A stretch of 32,453 nucleotides of DNA from an uncultured virus (IMG/VR IMGVR_UViG_3300033170_000477) (Duplodnaviria > Heunggongvirae > Uroviricota > Caudoviricetes): the IMG/VR virus record IMGVR_UViG_3300033170_000477, one strand, 5' to 3'. Shown piece by piece: positions 7,502 to 15,201 of the stretch (position 1 is its first letter; each line of letters starts with the position of its first letter). The position numbers and the translations under genes were made by a program. The notes below the pieces were generated by a model that saw only the letters and a list, made by a program, of their open reading frames with translations, had not been told where the DNA came from and did not search any database.

Positions 7502-9103
7502 ATTAGAAAGCTCAAGAAATATAAACCGACTCCTTTTATGGCAAAGGACTCTATCTACGATAAAGATGCTGCAGATTATGCGGTCAACTTTATTGAGTGT
7601 TTAAGTCATACCAAGGGGAAATGGTCTGGAAAACCATTTGAACTGATTGATTGGCAAGAGCAAATTATCAGAGATCTCTTTGGAACACTAAAACCAGATG
7701 GCTATCGGCAGTTTAATACAGCCTATATTGAGATTCCTAAGAAAATGGGGAAATCTGAATTAGCGGCAGCTGTCGCATTACTGCTTACCTGTGGTGATGG
7801 CGAAGAAAGAGCCGAGGTTTATGGATGCGCTGCAGACAGGCAACAGGCGTCCATCGTATTTGAAGTGGCTGCTGATATGGTACGTATGAGCCCGGCTCTA
7901 AGTAAACGAGTTAAAATCTTATCGGCAACAAAGCGGATCATTTTCCAACCGACTAATAGTTTTTATCAAGTGCTTTCAGCAGAGGCTTATTCAAAGCATG
8001 GTTTTAATATTCATGGTGTTGTTTTTGATGAGTTGCATACGCAGCCCAACAGAAAACTCTTTGATGTCATGACCAAAGGTTCTGGTGATGCCAGAACGCA
8101 ACCTCTTTATTTTCTGATCACCACGGCAGGATCTGATACAAAATCAATCTGCTATGAAACCCATCAGAAAGCCAAAGACCTCATGGAGAAAAGAAAGATT
8201 GACCCTACTTTTTATCCGGTTATTTATGGAGCAGATGAGTCAGATGATTGGACAGATCCGAAGGTGTGGAAAAAAGCTAATCCAAGCCTTGGCATAACGG
8301 TAGGGATTGATAAGGTAAAAGCCGCTTGTGAATCAGCCAAGCAAAACCCTGCAGAAGAGAATGCCTTTAGACAGTTACGACTTAATCAGTGGGTCAAACA
8401 GGCGGTTCGCTGGATGCCAATGGACAGGTGGGATAAATGTGCCTTTGCCGTAAATGAAGAGGATTTACTTGGAAGGGTATGCTATGGCGGACTAGACCTT
8501 TCTAGTTCCATTGATATTACTGCCTTTGTATTGGTGTTTCCTCCCCTAGATGAGGATGATAAATACATCATTCTTCCCTACTTTTGGCTGCCAGAAGAAA
8601 CTCTAAGTGCCAGGGTCAACCGTGACCATGTTCCCTATGATGTCTGGGAAAAGCAGGATCACCTTAAAACAACCGAAGGAAATGTAGTTCATTACGGTTT
8701 TATTGAGAAGTTTATTGAAGAACTTGGCGAAAAGTACAATATTCGTGAGATTGCCTTTGACCGTTGGGGAGCCGTACAAATGGTTCAAAACCTAGAAGGC
8801 ATGGGTTTTACTGTTATCCCCTTTGGTCAAGGATTTAAGGATATGAGTCCACCGACTAAGGAACTGATGAAACTAACGCTAGAAGAAAAGGTTGCTCATG
8901 GTGGGCATCCTGTACTTCGTTGGATGATGGATAACATTTTTGTTCGAACAGACCCGGCAGGCAACATCAAGCCGGACAAGGAAAAATCATCAGAAAAGAT
9001 TGATGGTGCAGTGGCAACGATTATGGCTCTTGATCGAGCGATTCGTTGTGGCAATGATACGAGTGCTTCGGTTTATGACAACCGAGGCATTCTCTTTATA
9101 TGA
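7502..9103 (+). CDS. terL: Terminase large subunit
   Basis: IPKKMGKSE Walker A, VFDELH Walker B, ITTAG, GGLDLS nuclease motif, KIDGAVA. Start uncertain: GTG 7493 lies within the SD, ATT 7502 has ideal spacing. Confidence 0.95.
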   Translation: MRKLKKYKPTPFMAKDSIYDKDAADYAVNFIECLSHTKGKWSGKPFELIDWQEQIIRDLFGTLKPDGYRQFNTAYIEIPKKMGKSELAAAVALLLTCGDGEERAEVYGCAADRQQASIVFEVAADMVRMSPALSKRVKILSATKRIIFQPTNSFYQVLSAEAYSKHGFNIHGVVFDELHTQPNRKLFDVMTKGSGDARTQPLYFLITTAGSDTKSICYETHQKAKDLMEKRKIDPTFYPVIYGADESDDWTDPKVWKKANPSLGITVGIDKVKAACESAKQNPAEENAFRQLRLNQWVKQAVRWMPMDRWDKCAFAVNEEDLLGRVCYGGLDLSSSIDITAFVLVFPPLDEDDKYIILPYFWLPEETLSARVNRDHVPYDVWEKQDHLKTTEGNVVHYGFIEKFIEELGEKYNIREIAFDRWGAVQMVQNLEGMGFTVIPFGQGFKDMSPPTKELMKLTLEEKVAHGGHPVLRWMMDNIFVRTDPAGNIKPDKEKSSEKIDGAVATIMALDRAIRCGNDTSASVYDNRGILFI

Positions 9104-9118
9104 GGGAGGTGATTGGTT

Positions 9119-10441
9119 TTGGGATTTTTATCATCCATTTTTAAGGCGAGAGATAAGCCTACTGACAGAGCTGTGAGTTCAAACTACACATTTTTAATGG
9201 GTTCAAGCACAGCAGGTAAAACAGTGACCGAGCGGTCGGCACTTCAAATGACGGCCGTATACTCTTGTGTTCGAATATTAGCTGAAGCAGTAGCAGGGCT
9301 TCCTCTGCATCTTTATTGTTATACAGAAGATGGTGGCAAGGAAAAAGCAATTGACCACTCCTTGTATCGACTTTTGCACGATGAACCAAATGCTGAGATG
9401 AGTTCCTTTGTGTTTCGAGAAACAATGATGACTCATCTTTTATTATGGGGGAATTGTTATGCGCAGATTATTCGCAATGGCAAAGGTGAAGTTGTAGGAC
9501 TCTACCCCTTGATGCCAAATCGGATGTCAGTTCATCGAGATGAGAGTGGGCAGCTCTATTACTTATATACCAGAGGTGCAGATGATGTGAACAGTACGAA
9601 GGGAATGACAGTAAAACTTAGTACCTCCGATGTACTTCATATTCCCGGACTCGGGTTTGATGGACTGGTTGGCTACTCCCCGATTGCGATGGCTAAAAAT
9701 GCGATTGGTCTAGCCATTGCAACAGAGGAATATGGAGCCAAGTTCTTTGCTAACGGTGCGGCTCCAAGTGGTGTGTTGGAGCATCCGGGAACGATTAAAG
9801 AACCTGGGAAAGTCAGAGAGGCTTGGCAGTCACAATTTGGTGGCAGTGCCAATTCCAATAAAATAGCTGTACTTGAAGAAGGGATGAAATATACACCGAT
9901 TTCTATCTCACCAGAACAAGCACAATTCCTTGAAACAAGGAAATTTCAAATCAATGAAATTGCTCGGATTTTCAGAGTCCCTCCCCACATGGTAGGCGAC
10001 CTTGAAAAATCGAGCTTTTCTAATATTGAGCAACAATCCCTTGAGTTTGTGAAATACACCTTAGACCCGTGGGTAGTGCGTTGGGAGCAAACCCTAGCCC
10101 GCACCCTTTTTACACCGGAAGAAAAGAAAAAATACTTCTTTAGATTCAATGTAGAAGGTCTGCTTAGAGGGGATTATGTTAGTCGCATGAGCGGGTATGC
10201 CACAGCAAGGCAGAACGGTTGGATGAGTGCAAATGATATTAGGGAACTTGAAAATCTAGACCGTATCCCTTCAGAGGATGGCGGTGACATGTACCTTGTC
10301 AACGGCAATATGCTCCCTCTTACAAAGGCAGGTGCATTCGCAAATACAAACGAGGATGGAAAGGAGGAAGACTTGGATGAAGAACAAGATGTTTTGGCGA
10401 TGGAAGAACCAAGCAAGCGAACAAGAAGAACGAGTTCTTGA
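9119..10441 (+). CDS. HK97-family portal protein
   Basis: AVYSCVRILAE.VA.LP, LLLWGN.YA, G.SPI, FFANGA.P.G, IARIFRVPP, SNIEQQ, NDIRELEN. Start TTG 9113 or 9119. Confidence 0.95.
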   Translation: MGFLSSIFKARDKPTDRAVSSNYTFLMGSSTAGKTVTERSALQMTAVYSCVRILAEAVAGLPLHLYCYTEDGGKEKAIDHSLYRLLHDEPNAEMSSFVFRETMMTHLLLWGNCYAQIIRNGKGEVVGLYPLMPNRMSVHRDESGQLYYLYTRGADDVNSTKGMTVKLSTSDVLHIPGLGFDGLVGYSPIAMAKNAIGLAIATEEYGAKFFANGAAPSGVLEHPGTIKEPGKVREAWQSQFGGSANSNKIAVLEEGMKYTPISISPEQAQFLETRKFQINEIARIFRVPPHMVGDLEKSSFSNIEQQSLEFVKYTLDPWVVRWEQTLARTLFTPEEKKKYFFRFNVEGLLRGDYVSRMSGYATARQNGWMSANDIRELENLDRIPSEDGGDMYLVNGNMLPLTKAGAFANTNEDGKEEDLDEEQDVLAMEEPSKRTRRTSS

Positions 10442-11108
10442 GCTTTACGGAACAATCGCTGAAGAAAGCTGGTTTGATGATGATGTAACCCCACAGATGT
10501 TTAGAAACGAACTCTTTAGTGGAAAAGGACCCATCACCTTATGGATTAACTCACCGGGTGGAGATTGCATTGCCGCAAGTCAGATTTATACCATGTTGAT
10601 GGATTATCCAGATGAGGTAACCGTCAAGATTGATGGGATTGCAGCATCAGCCGCTTCTGTCATTGCCATGGCAGGAACAAAGGTGCTGATGGCGCCGACA
10701 GCACTCATGATGATTCATAACCCGGCAACCATCACGATGGGCGATCATGAAGACATGAAACGAGCGATTGAGATGTTAGATGAGGTGAAAGAAAGCATTA
10801 TTAATGCCTATGAGATTAAGACTGGAGTATCTCGCATCAAACTATCTCATCTGATGGATGCTGAAACCTGGATGAATGCCAACAAAGCCATAGAACTTGG
10901 CTTTGCAGACGATGTGCTAAAGGATGAGAAACAATCCGAACCCACTTTTTCTGCTTATGCGTTTTCTAGAAAAGCAGTGGCAACTAACCTACTTAACAAA
11001 ATGGCAGAAAAGAATAAACCAATTCAGGCGGAGGAATCTGCCAAACCCCAAGGGCGCTCAATTGATGAACTCAAGGAGCGTCTTTTAATTATCAAAAAAT
11101 ATATGTAA
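10377..11108 (+). CDS. ClpP-like prohead maturation protease
   Basis: INSPGG, IDGIAASAASVIAMAG, MMIHNP, ETWM.A..A.ELGFAD; AAGGAGG RBS before ATG 10377; overlaps the portal end by 65 nt. Confidence 0.93.
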   Translation: MKNKMFWRWKNQASEQEERVLELYGTIAEESWFDDDVTPQMFRNELFSGKGPITLWINSPGGDCIAASQIYTMLMDYPDEVTVKIDGIAASAASVIAMAGTKVLMAPTALMMIHNPATITMGDHEDMKRAIEMLDEVKESIINAYEIKTGVSRIKLSHLMDAETWMNANKAIELGFADDVLKDEKQSEPTFSAYAFSRKAVATNLLNKMAEKNKPIQAEESAKPQGRSIDELKERLLIIKKYM

Positions 11109-11124
11109 ATGGAGGAATTTTACT

Positions 11125-12321
11125 ATGACGATTACAGAAATGCGTAATAAACGCAAAAAGCTTATTGAAACGATGGATGGGTTCTTGGACACTCATAAAA
11201 CCAAGAATGGCACATTATCCGCAGAAGATGATGCTACCTATAAAACCATGGAAGATGAAATTACTGAACTCACGAATGAAATCCATCGCATGGAAAGACG
11301 TGAAGCAATCGAGGCTGAACTTGAAAAACCTGTCAGCAAGCCAATCATTGAAAATCCGATGAATGGTCGACTGGATAACAGTGAAATTAAAACTGGCCGA
11401 GCAGCTGATTCCTATAAGACTGCCATGCTTTCAGCCCTTCGCTCAAACTTCCGTAATGTATCCAATGTCCTACAAGAAGGGGTAGACGCAGATGGTGGCT
11501 ATCTCGTACCCGAAGAATACGACAGCAGATTGATTGATGGTCTGGAAGAAGAGAATATCATTCGTAAGCTGGGTCACAGAATTACCACATCAGGTGAGCG
11601 AAAAATCAATATTGCAGCTACAAAACCTGCAGCTGCATGGATTGATGAAGGTGAAGCACTGACCTTTAGCGATGCTACATTCTCTCAAATCAATCTGGAT
11701 GCCCACAAACTTCATGTAGCCGTAAAGGTTACTGAAGAACTACTTTATGATAATGCCTTCCAACTTGAGAATTACATCATTGAGGAGTTTTATAAGGCTC
11801 TGGCTAATGCCGAAGAAGATGCCTTTATTAATGGCAATGGTACAGGAAAACCACTGGGTATTCTAGCTGCAAGTGGTGGAGCTGAAGTCGGTGTGACCAC
11901 AGCATCTGCAACGGCGATTACTGCTGACGAAGTAATTAACCTAGTGTATTCACTGAAGCGTCCTTACCGTAAAAATGCCGTGTTCATTTTAAATGACCAG
12001 ACCATTGCAGCCCTTAGAAAACTAAAGGACGGTAACGGTGCCTATATGTGGCAACCGGCCCTTGTTGCAGGTGAACCAGATAAACTACTTGGCTATCCTG
12101 TTTATACATCTGCTTATATGCCTACCATTGAGGCAGGTGCTAAGACCATTATCTTTGGCGATTTGTCTTACTACAACATTGGAGATCGTGGTTCTCGTTC
12201 CTTTGCAGAACTTCGTGAGCTGTTTGCAGGTAATGGCATGGTCGGTTTTGTAGCTAAAGAACGTGTGGATGGCAAGTTAGTACTACCTGAAGCAATCAAG
12301 GTTCTTCAGCAGAAAGCCTAA
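11125..12321 (+). CDS. HK97-fold major capsid protein
   Basis: Coiled-coil delta domain, DGGYLVPEE, EELL.D, F.NG.G..KP.G, LKD.NG.Y.W, LLG.PV, R.DG. Confidence 0.95.
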   Translation: MTITEMRNKRKKLIETMDGFLDTHKTKNGTLSAEDDATYKTMEDEITELTNEIHRMERREAIEAELEKPVSKPIIENPMNGRLDNSEIKTGRAADSYKTAMLSALRSNFRNVSNVLQEGVDADGGYLVPEEYDSRLIDGLEEENIIRKLGHRITTSGERKINIAATKPAAAWIDEGEALTFSDATFSQINLDAHKLHVAVKVTEELLYDNAFQLENYIIEEFYKALANAEEDAFINGNGTGKPLGILAASGGAEVGVTTASATAITADEVINLVYSLKRPYRKNAVFILNDQTIAALRKLKDGNGAYMWQPALVAGEPDKLLGYPVYTSAYMPTIEAGAKTIIFGDLSYYNIGDRGSRSFAELRELFAGNGMVGFVAKERVDGKLVLPEAIKVLQQKA

Positions 12322-12333
12322 CGGAGGTGCGAT

Positions 12334-12558
12334 ATGGATTACAACACAAAAAACTACACCGAACAAGGCGGAGATAAAACCGTCATCGCAGGAACGTTAG
12401 AGATTAAGGAGGGAGCAACCGTAACAGGTCTCCCTTCTTCTTTTACTCCTGCAGAAAACCAAGCACCTAGTGTGGCAGAAGATATTACGAGTTTAGTTGC
12501 TGATTTTAATGCATTGCTTTCAAAGCTTCAAACAGCAGGACTCATGGAAGCTGATTAA
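12334..12558 (+). CDS. Small head fibre / capsid decoration protein
   Basis: 74 aa directly after the capsid gene; C-terminal LVADFNALL.KL..AGLM head-fibre-type motif; GGAGG RBS. Confidence 0.65.
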   Translation: MDYNTKNYTEQGGDKTVIAGTLEIKEGATVTGLPSSFTPAENQAPSVAEDITSLVADFNALLSKLQTAGLMEAD

Positions 12559-12580
12559 AAAGAGAAAGGATGGTAGCGGT

Positions 12581-12889
12581 ATGACACTGATTCAAAAGGT
12601 AAAGGCAAACTTGATTTTAGAGCATGAAGCTGATGACGAACTCTTAGAGATGTTCATCGCCGCTGCTGTCAGTTATGCCGAGAGTTATCAGCATGTACCA
12701 GAAAATTTCTATAGCGACAATCCTATGCCACCGACTACAGAGCAAGCCATTATTATGCTTTCCTCTCATTTTTATGAAAGCAGAGATGGTAGTACAGGTG
12801 GCTTCTTTGCAGATAATGTGCAGGCGGGTCAGCAGGTTTGGAAAACGGTCAACCTACTATTAAGACTCGATCGGGATTGGAAGGTGTAA
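12581..12889 (+). CDS. Head-tail connector (HK97 gp6 / SPP1 gp15-like)
   Basis: VKANL.L.H..DD.LL...I.AA..YAE...QA.IML.SHFYE.R; AAAGGA RBS. Confidence 0.88.
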   Translation: MTLIQKVKANLILEHEADDELLEMFIAAAVSYAESYQHVPENFYSDNPMPPTTEQAIIMLSSHFYESRDGSTGGFFADNVQAGQQVWKTVNLLLRLDRDWKV

Positions 12890-12912
12890 ACATTGAAAGC
12901 GAGGTACTGGTT

Positions 12913-13254
12913 GTGAGTTTCGGAAAAATGAATGGATTTGCTGATATTAAGGTAGTCACAAAAACAAAAGACAGTGAAGGATTTGCGACAACATCAGAAA
13001 CCGTGATTACTTCGATTCGAGTCTACCGGGAAGGGCGTCATGGCAGTGAACGCTGGGCTAACCTAGCTACTTTTTCAGAGGCTACAGATTTATTCAGGTT
13101 TCGTGCGATTCCAGGAGTCGAGGTCACGACAGAACATTTTATTGTGTGTGATGGAGAGCGTTTTGATATTACCTCGGTAGAAAACGTAAAAGGTCGAGGT
13201 ATGTATACAGAAGTTTTGGCAAAGAAGGTGGTGAGCAGTATTGGCAAAAGTTGA
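12913..13254 (+). CDS. Head-closure / head-tail adaptor (SPP1 gp16-like)
   Basis: GTG start after GAGGT; SFGKMN..., KDSEGF, F.FR.IPG, G.RF.I.SVE.V.GR.MY.EV; position. Confidence 0.85.
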   Translation: MSFGKMNGFADIKVVTKTKDSEGFATTSETVITSIRVYREGRHGSERWANLATFSEATDLFRFRAIPGVEVTTEHFIVCDGERFDITSVENVKGRGMYTEVLAKKVVSSIGKS

Positions 13255-13672
13255 TATTAAGATGCCCGATGATTTTTTGCTCAAGATTTCAAAGCTTGGA
13301 TCTGACTTTGACCCTGTTGCCGAAAAGGTGCTAAAAGCAGGTGGCGAAGTCGTTTTCAAACGAACGAAGAGCAATCTTTCTGCTGTAATCGGTAAAGGTA
13401 CAAAGCATGAATCACGATCAACGGGTGAATTAGAAAAGGCACTCGGTGTCACTTCAGTCAGGCTAGATAGGAACGGAAACCACAATATAAAAATTGGATT
13501 TTCTGAACCAAGGCCTGATGGTGAGAGTAACGCAAAAATAGCAAACATCCTTGAGTATGGCAAACACGGTCAACCTGCGAAACCTTTTTTGAAACCAGCT
13601 AAAAGTGCATCAAAGTCTGAGTGTATCTCAGTAATGAAAAGCACTTTTGAAGAGGAGGTCAAAAAGATATGA
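13241..13672 (+). CDS. HK97 gp10-family neck/tail protein
   Basis: STGEL..AL, LEYG....PAKPFLKPA motifs. Confidence 0.88.
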   Translation: MAKVDIKMPDDFLLKISKLGSDFDPVAEKVLKAGGEVVFKRTKSNLSAVIGKGTKHESRSTGELEKALGVTSVRLDRNGNHNIKIGFSEPRPDGESNAKIANILEYGKHGQPAKPFLKPAKSASKSECISVMKSTFEEEVKKI

Positions 13673-14013
13673 GCATTCTAGCAGACTTACAAGTCGCTTT
13701 AGAATCACTGGATGTTCCAATAGAAACAGGCGTGTTCTCGGATACTGCGCCGTCAAAGTACATGGTGATTGTTCCGATGAGCGATAGATTTGACCTTCAT
13801 TCGGATAATCTACCATGCATCGATGTTCAAGAGGCACGGATTTCAATTTATAGCAAAGGCAGTTATACAGCGTTAAAAAATCAAGTGGTGCAGTTATTGT
13901 TGGCTTCCAGTTTCACCATAACCGCACGGAGCTACATCGGCTTTGAAGATGATACGGGCTATTAACACTACAACGTGGATGTAGCCAAACATTATGAAAT
14001 AGGAGGTAATTAA
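13669..14013 (+). pseudogene. Tail completion/terminator protein interrupted by in-frame TAA at 13963-13965
   Basis: ORF stops at ...GFEDDTGY*, but the same frame continues HYNVDVAKHYEIGGN* to 14013, ending 2 nt before the major tail ATG. Confidence 0.65.
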
Positions 14014-14015
14014 AA

Positions 14016-14609
14016 ATGGCAACAATTGGTCTGGATAAACTTTATTATGCGACCATCACAGATGATGAAAATGGCGAAGAAATCTATGGCACACCCACTC
14101 AGCTGGCAAAAGCAATCTCAGCAGAGTTATCTGTTGAACTGGCAGAGGCAACTCTCTATGCAGATGATGGTGCGGCAGAAATCGTTAAAGAATTTAAAAA
14201 TGGCACTATCTCTCTTGGAGTGGATGATATTGGCTCGACTACTGCAGCCGCCTTAACCGGAGTCACGGTTGATAAGAACAACGTTGTGGTTTCTAACAGT
14301 GAAGATGGCGGGGATCCTGTGGCTGTTGGTTTTAGAGCAAAGAAATCCAATGGCAAGTATAAATACTATTGGCTCTATCGAGTGAAATTCGGTATTCCTG
14401 CGACAAACCTAGCAACAAAAGGTGACAGTATTACATTCTCAACGCCAACAATTGAAGGTACGGTTCTCCGAAGAAACAAGCCGGATACAAGCGGTAAACA
14501 TCCGTGGAAAGCGGAAGTGACCGAAGGCGATAAGGATGTACCGGCATCGATTATCAGCAGTTGGTATACAGAAGTCTATGAACCGGATTACACAGTTACG
14601 GAGGGCTAA
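14016..14609 (+). CDS. Major tail (tube) protein, phi13 family
   Basis: MATIGLDKLYYA, LYADDG, AVGFRAKK.NGKY.Y.WLYRVKF; AGGAGG RBS. Confidence 0.93.
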   Translation: MATIGLDKLYYATITDDENGEEIYGTPTQLAKAISAELSVELAEATLYADDGAAEIVKEFKNGTISLGVDDIGSTTAAALTGVTVDKNNVVVSNSEDGGDPVAVGFRAKKSNGKYKYYWLYRVKFGIPATNLATKGDSITFSTPTIEGTVLRRNKPDTSGKHPWKAEVTEGDKDVPASIISSWYTEVYEPDYTVTEG

Positions 14610-14612
14610 GCG

Positions 14613-14996
14613 ATGGATAACGAACGAACAGCAAGCATTCGTATTGGTGGCGATGAATATGTGCTACTACTTACTACAAAAGCAACAAAGGAAATCGCAG
14701 GACGATATGGTGGTCTTGAAAACTTAGGCGATAAGCTAATGAAGTCTGAGAATGTCGAGATGGCACTTTCAGAGATTGTGTGGCTGATTACCTTACTGGC
14801 CAATCAAAGTACTCTTGTCTATAACATCAAGCACAAGGATGCACCGAAGGAATTACTGACAGAAGATGAGGTAGAAATTCTCACAAGCCCGATTGATTTG
14901 GCAGAGTACAAAGAGGCAATTATGAATGCCCTTTACAAGGGTGCAAAAAGAAATGTACTCAGTGAGGAAAGCCAAAAAAACGCAGTAGCCCCGTAA
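14613..14996 (+). CDS. Tail assembly chaperone (gpG-like)
   Basis: Between tube and tape measure; ends QKNAVAP* over a slippery CAAAAAAAC. Confidence 0.85.
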   Translation: MDNERTASIRIGGDEYVLLLTTKATKEIAGRYGGLENLGDKLMKSENVEMALSEIVWLITLLANQSTLVYNIKHKDAPKELLTEDEVEILTSPIDLAEYKEAIMNALYKGAKRNVLSEESQKNAVAP

Positions 14997-15184
14997 GTGA
15001 CGAAGAGTTATTTACGAGGCTTTTATATTACGGCATCAGCGTATTACATCTGACCATGGATGAATTTTGGCTGATGCCGTTTGGTTTGCTACTAGACTTG
15101 TGGGAGTGTCACAAACAGTATCAGGGGCTGGCAAAACCAAAAAGAGAGATATTTATTGATGACATCATCCCTGATGGAATCTGA
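14613..15184 (+). CDS. Tail assembly chaperone, -1 frameshifted long form (gpGT-like); absent from the ORF track
   Basis: A-AAA-AAC at 14975-14981; the -1 frame is open to TGA 15182-15184: RSSPVSDEELFTRLLYYGISVLHLTMDEFWLMPFGLLLDLWECHKQYQGLAKPKREIFIDDIIPDGI*. Confidence 0.85.
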
Positions 15185-15201
15185 CAAAGGAGGTGGAAAG
15201 C

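Noticed and set aside
10278..10441. Portal-protease fusion or frameshift
   Set aside because: The protease has its own strong SD and ATG at 10377; the 65-nt overlap only encodes a low-complexity portal tail.
13090..13563. 157-aa minus-strand ORF and the other antisense or alternate-frame ORFs in the track
   Set aside because: They lie within well-supported + strand genes and show no recognisable motifs; treated as shadow ORFs.
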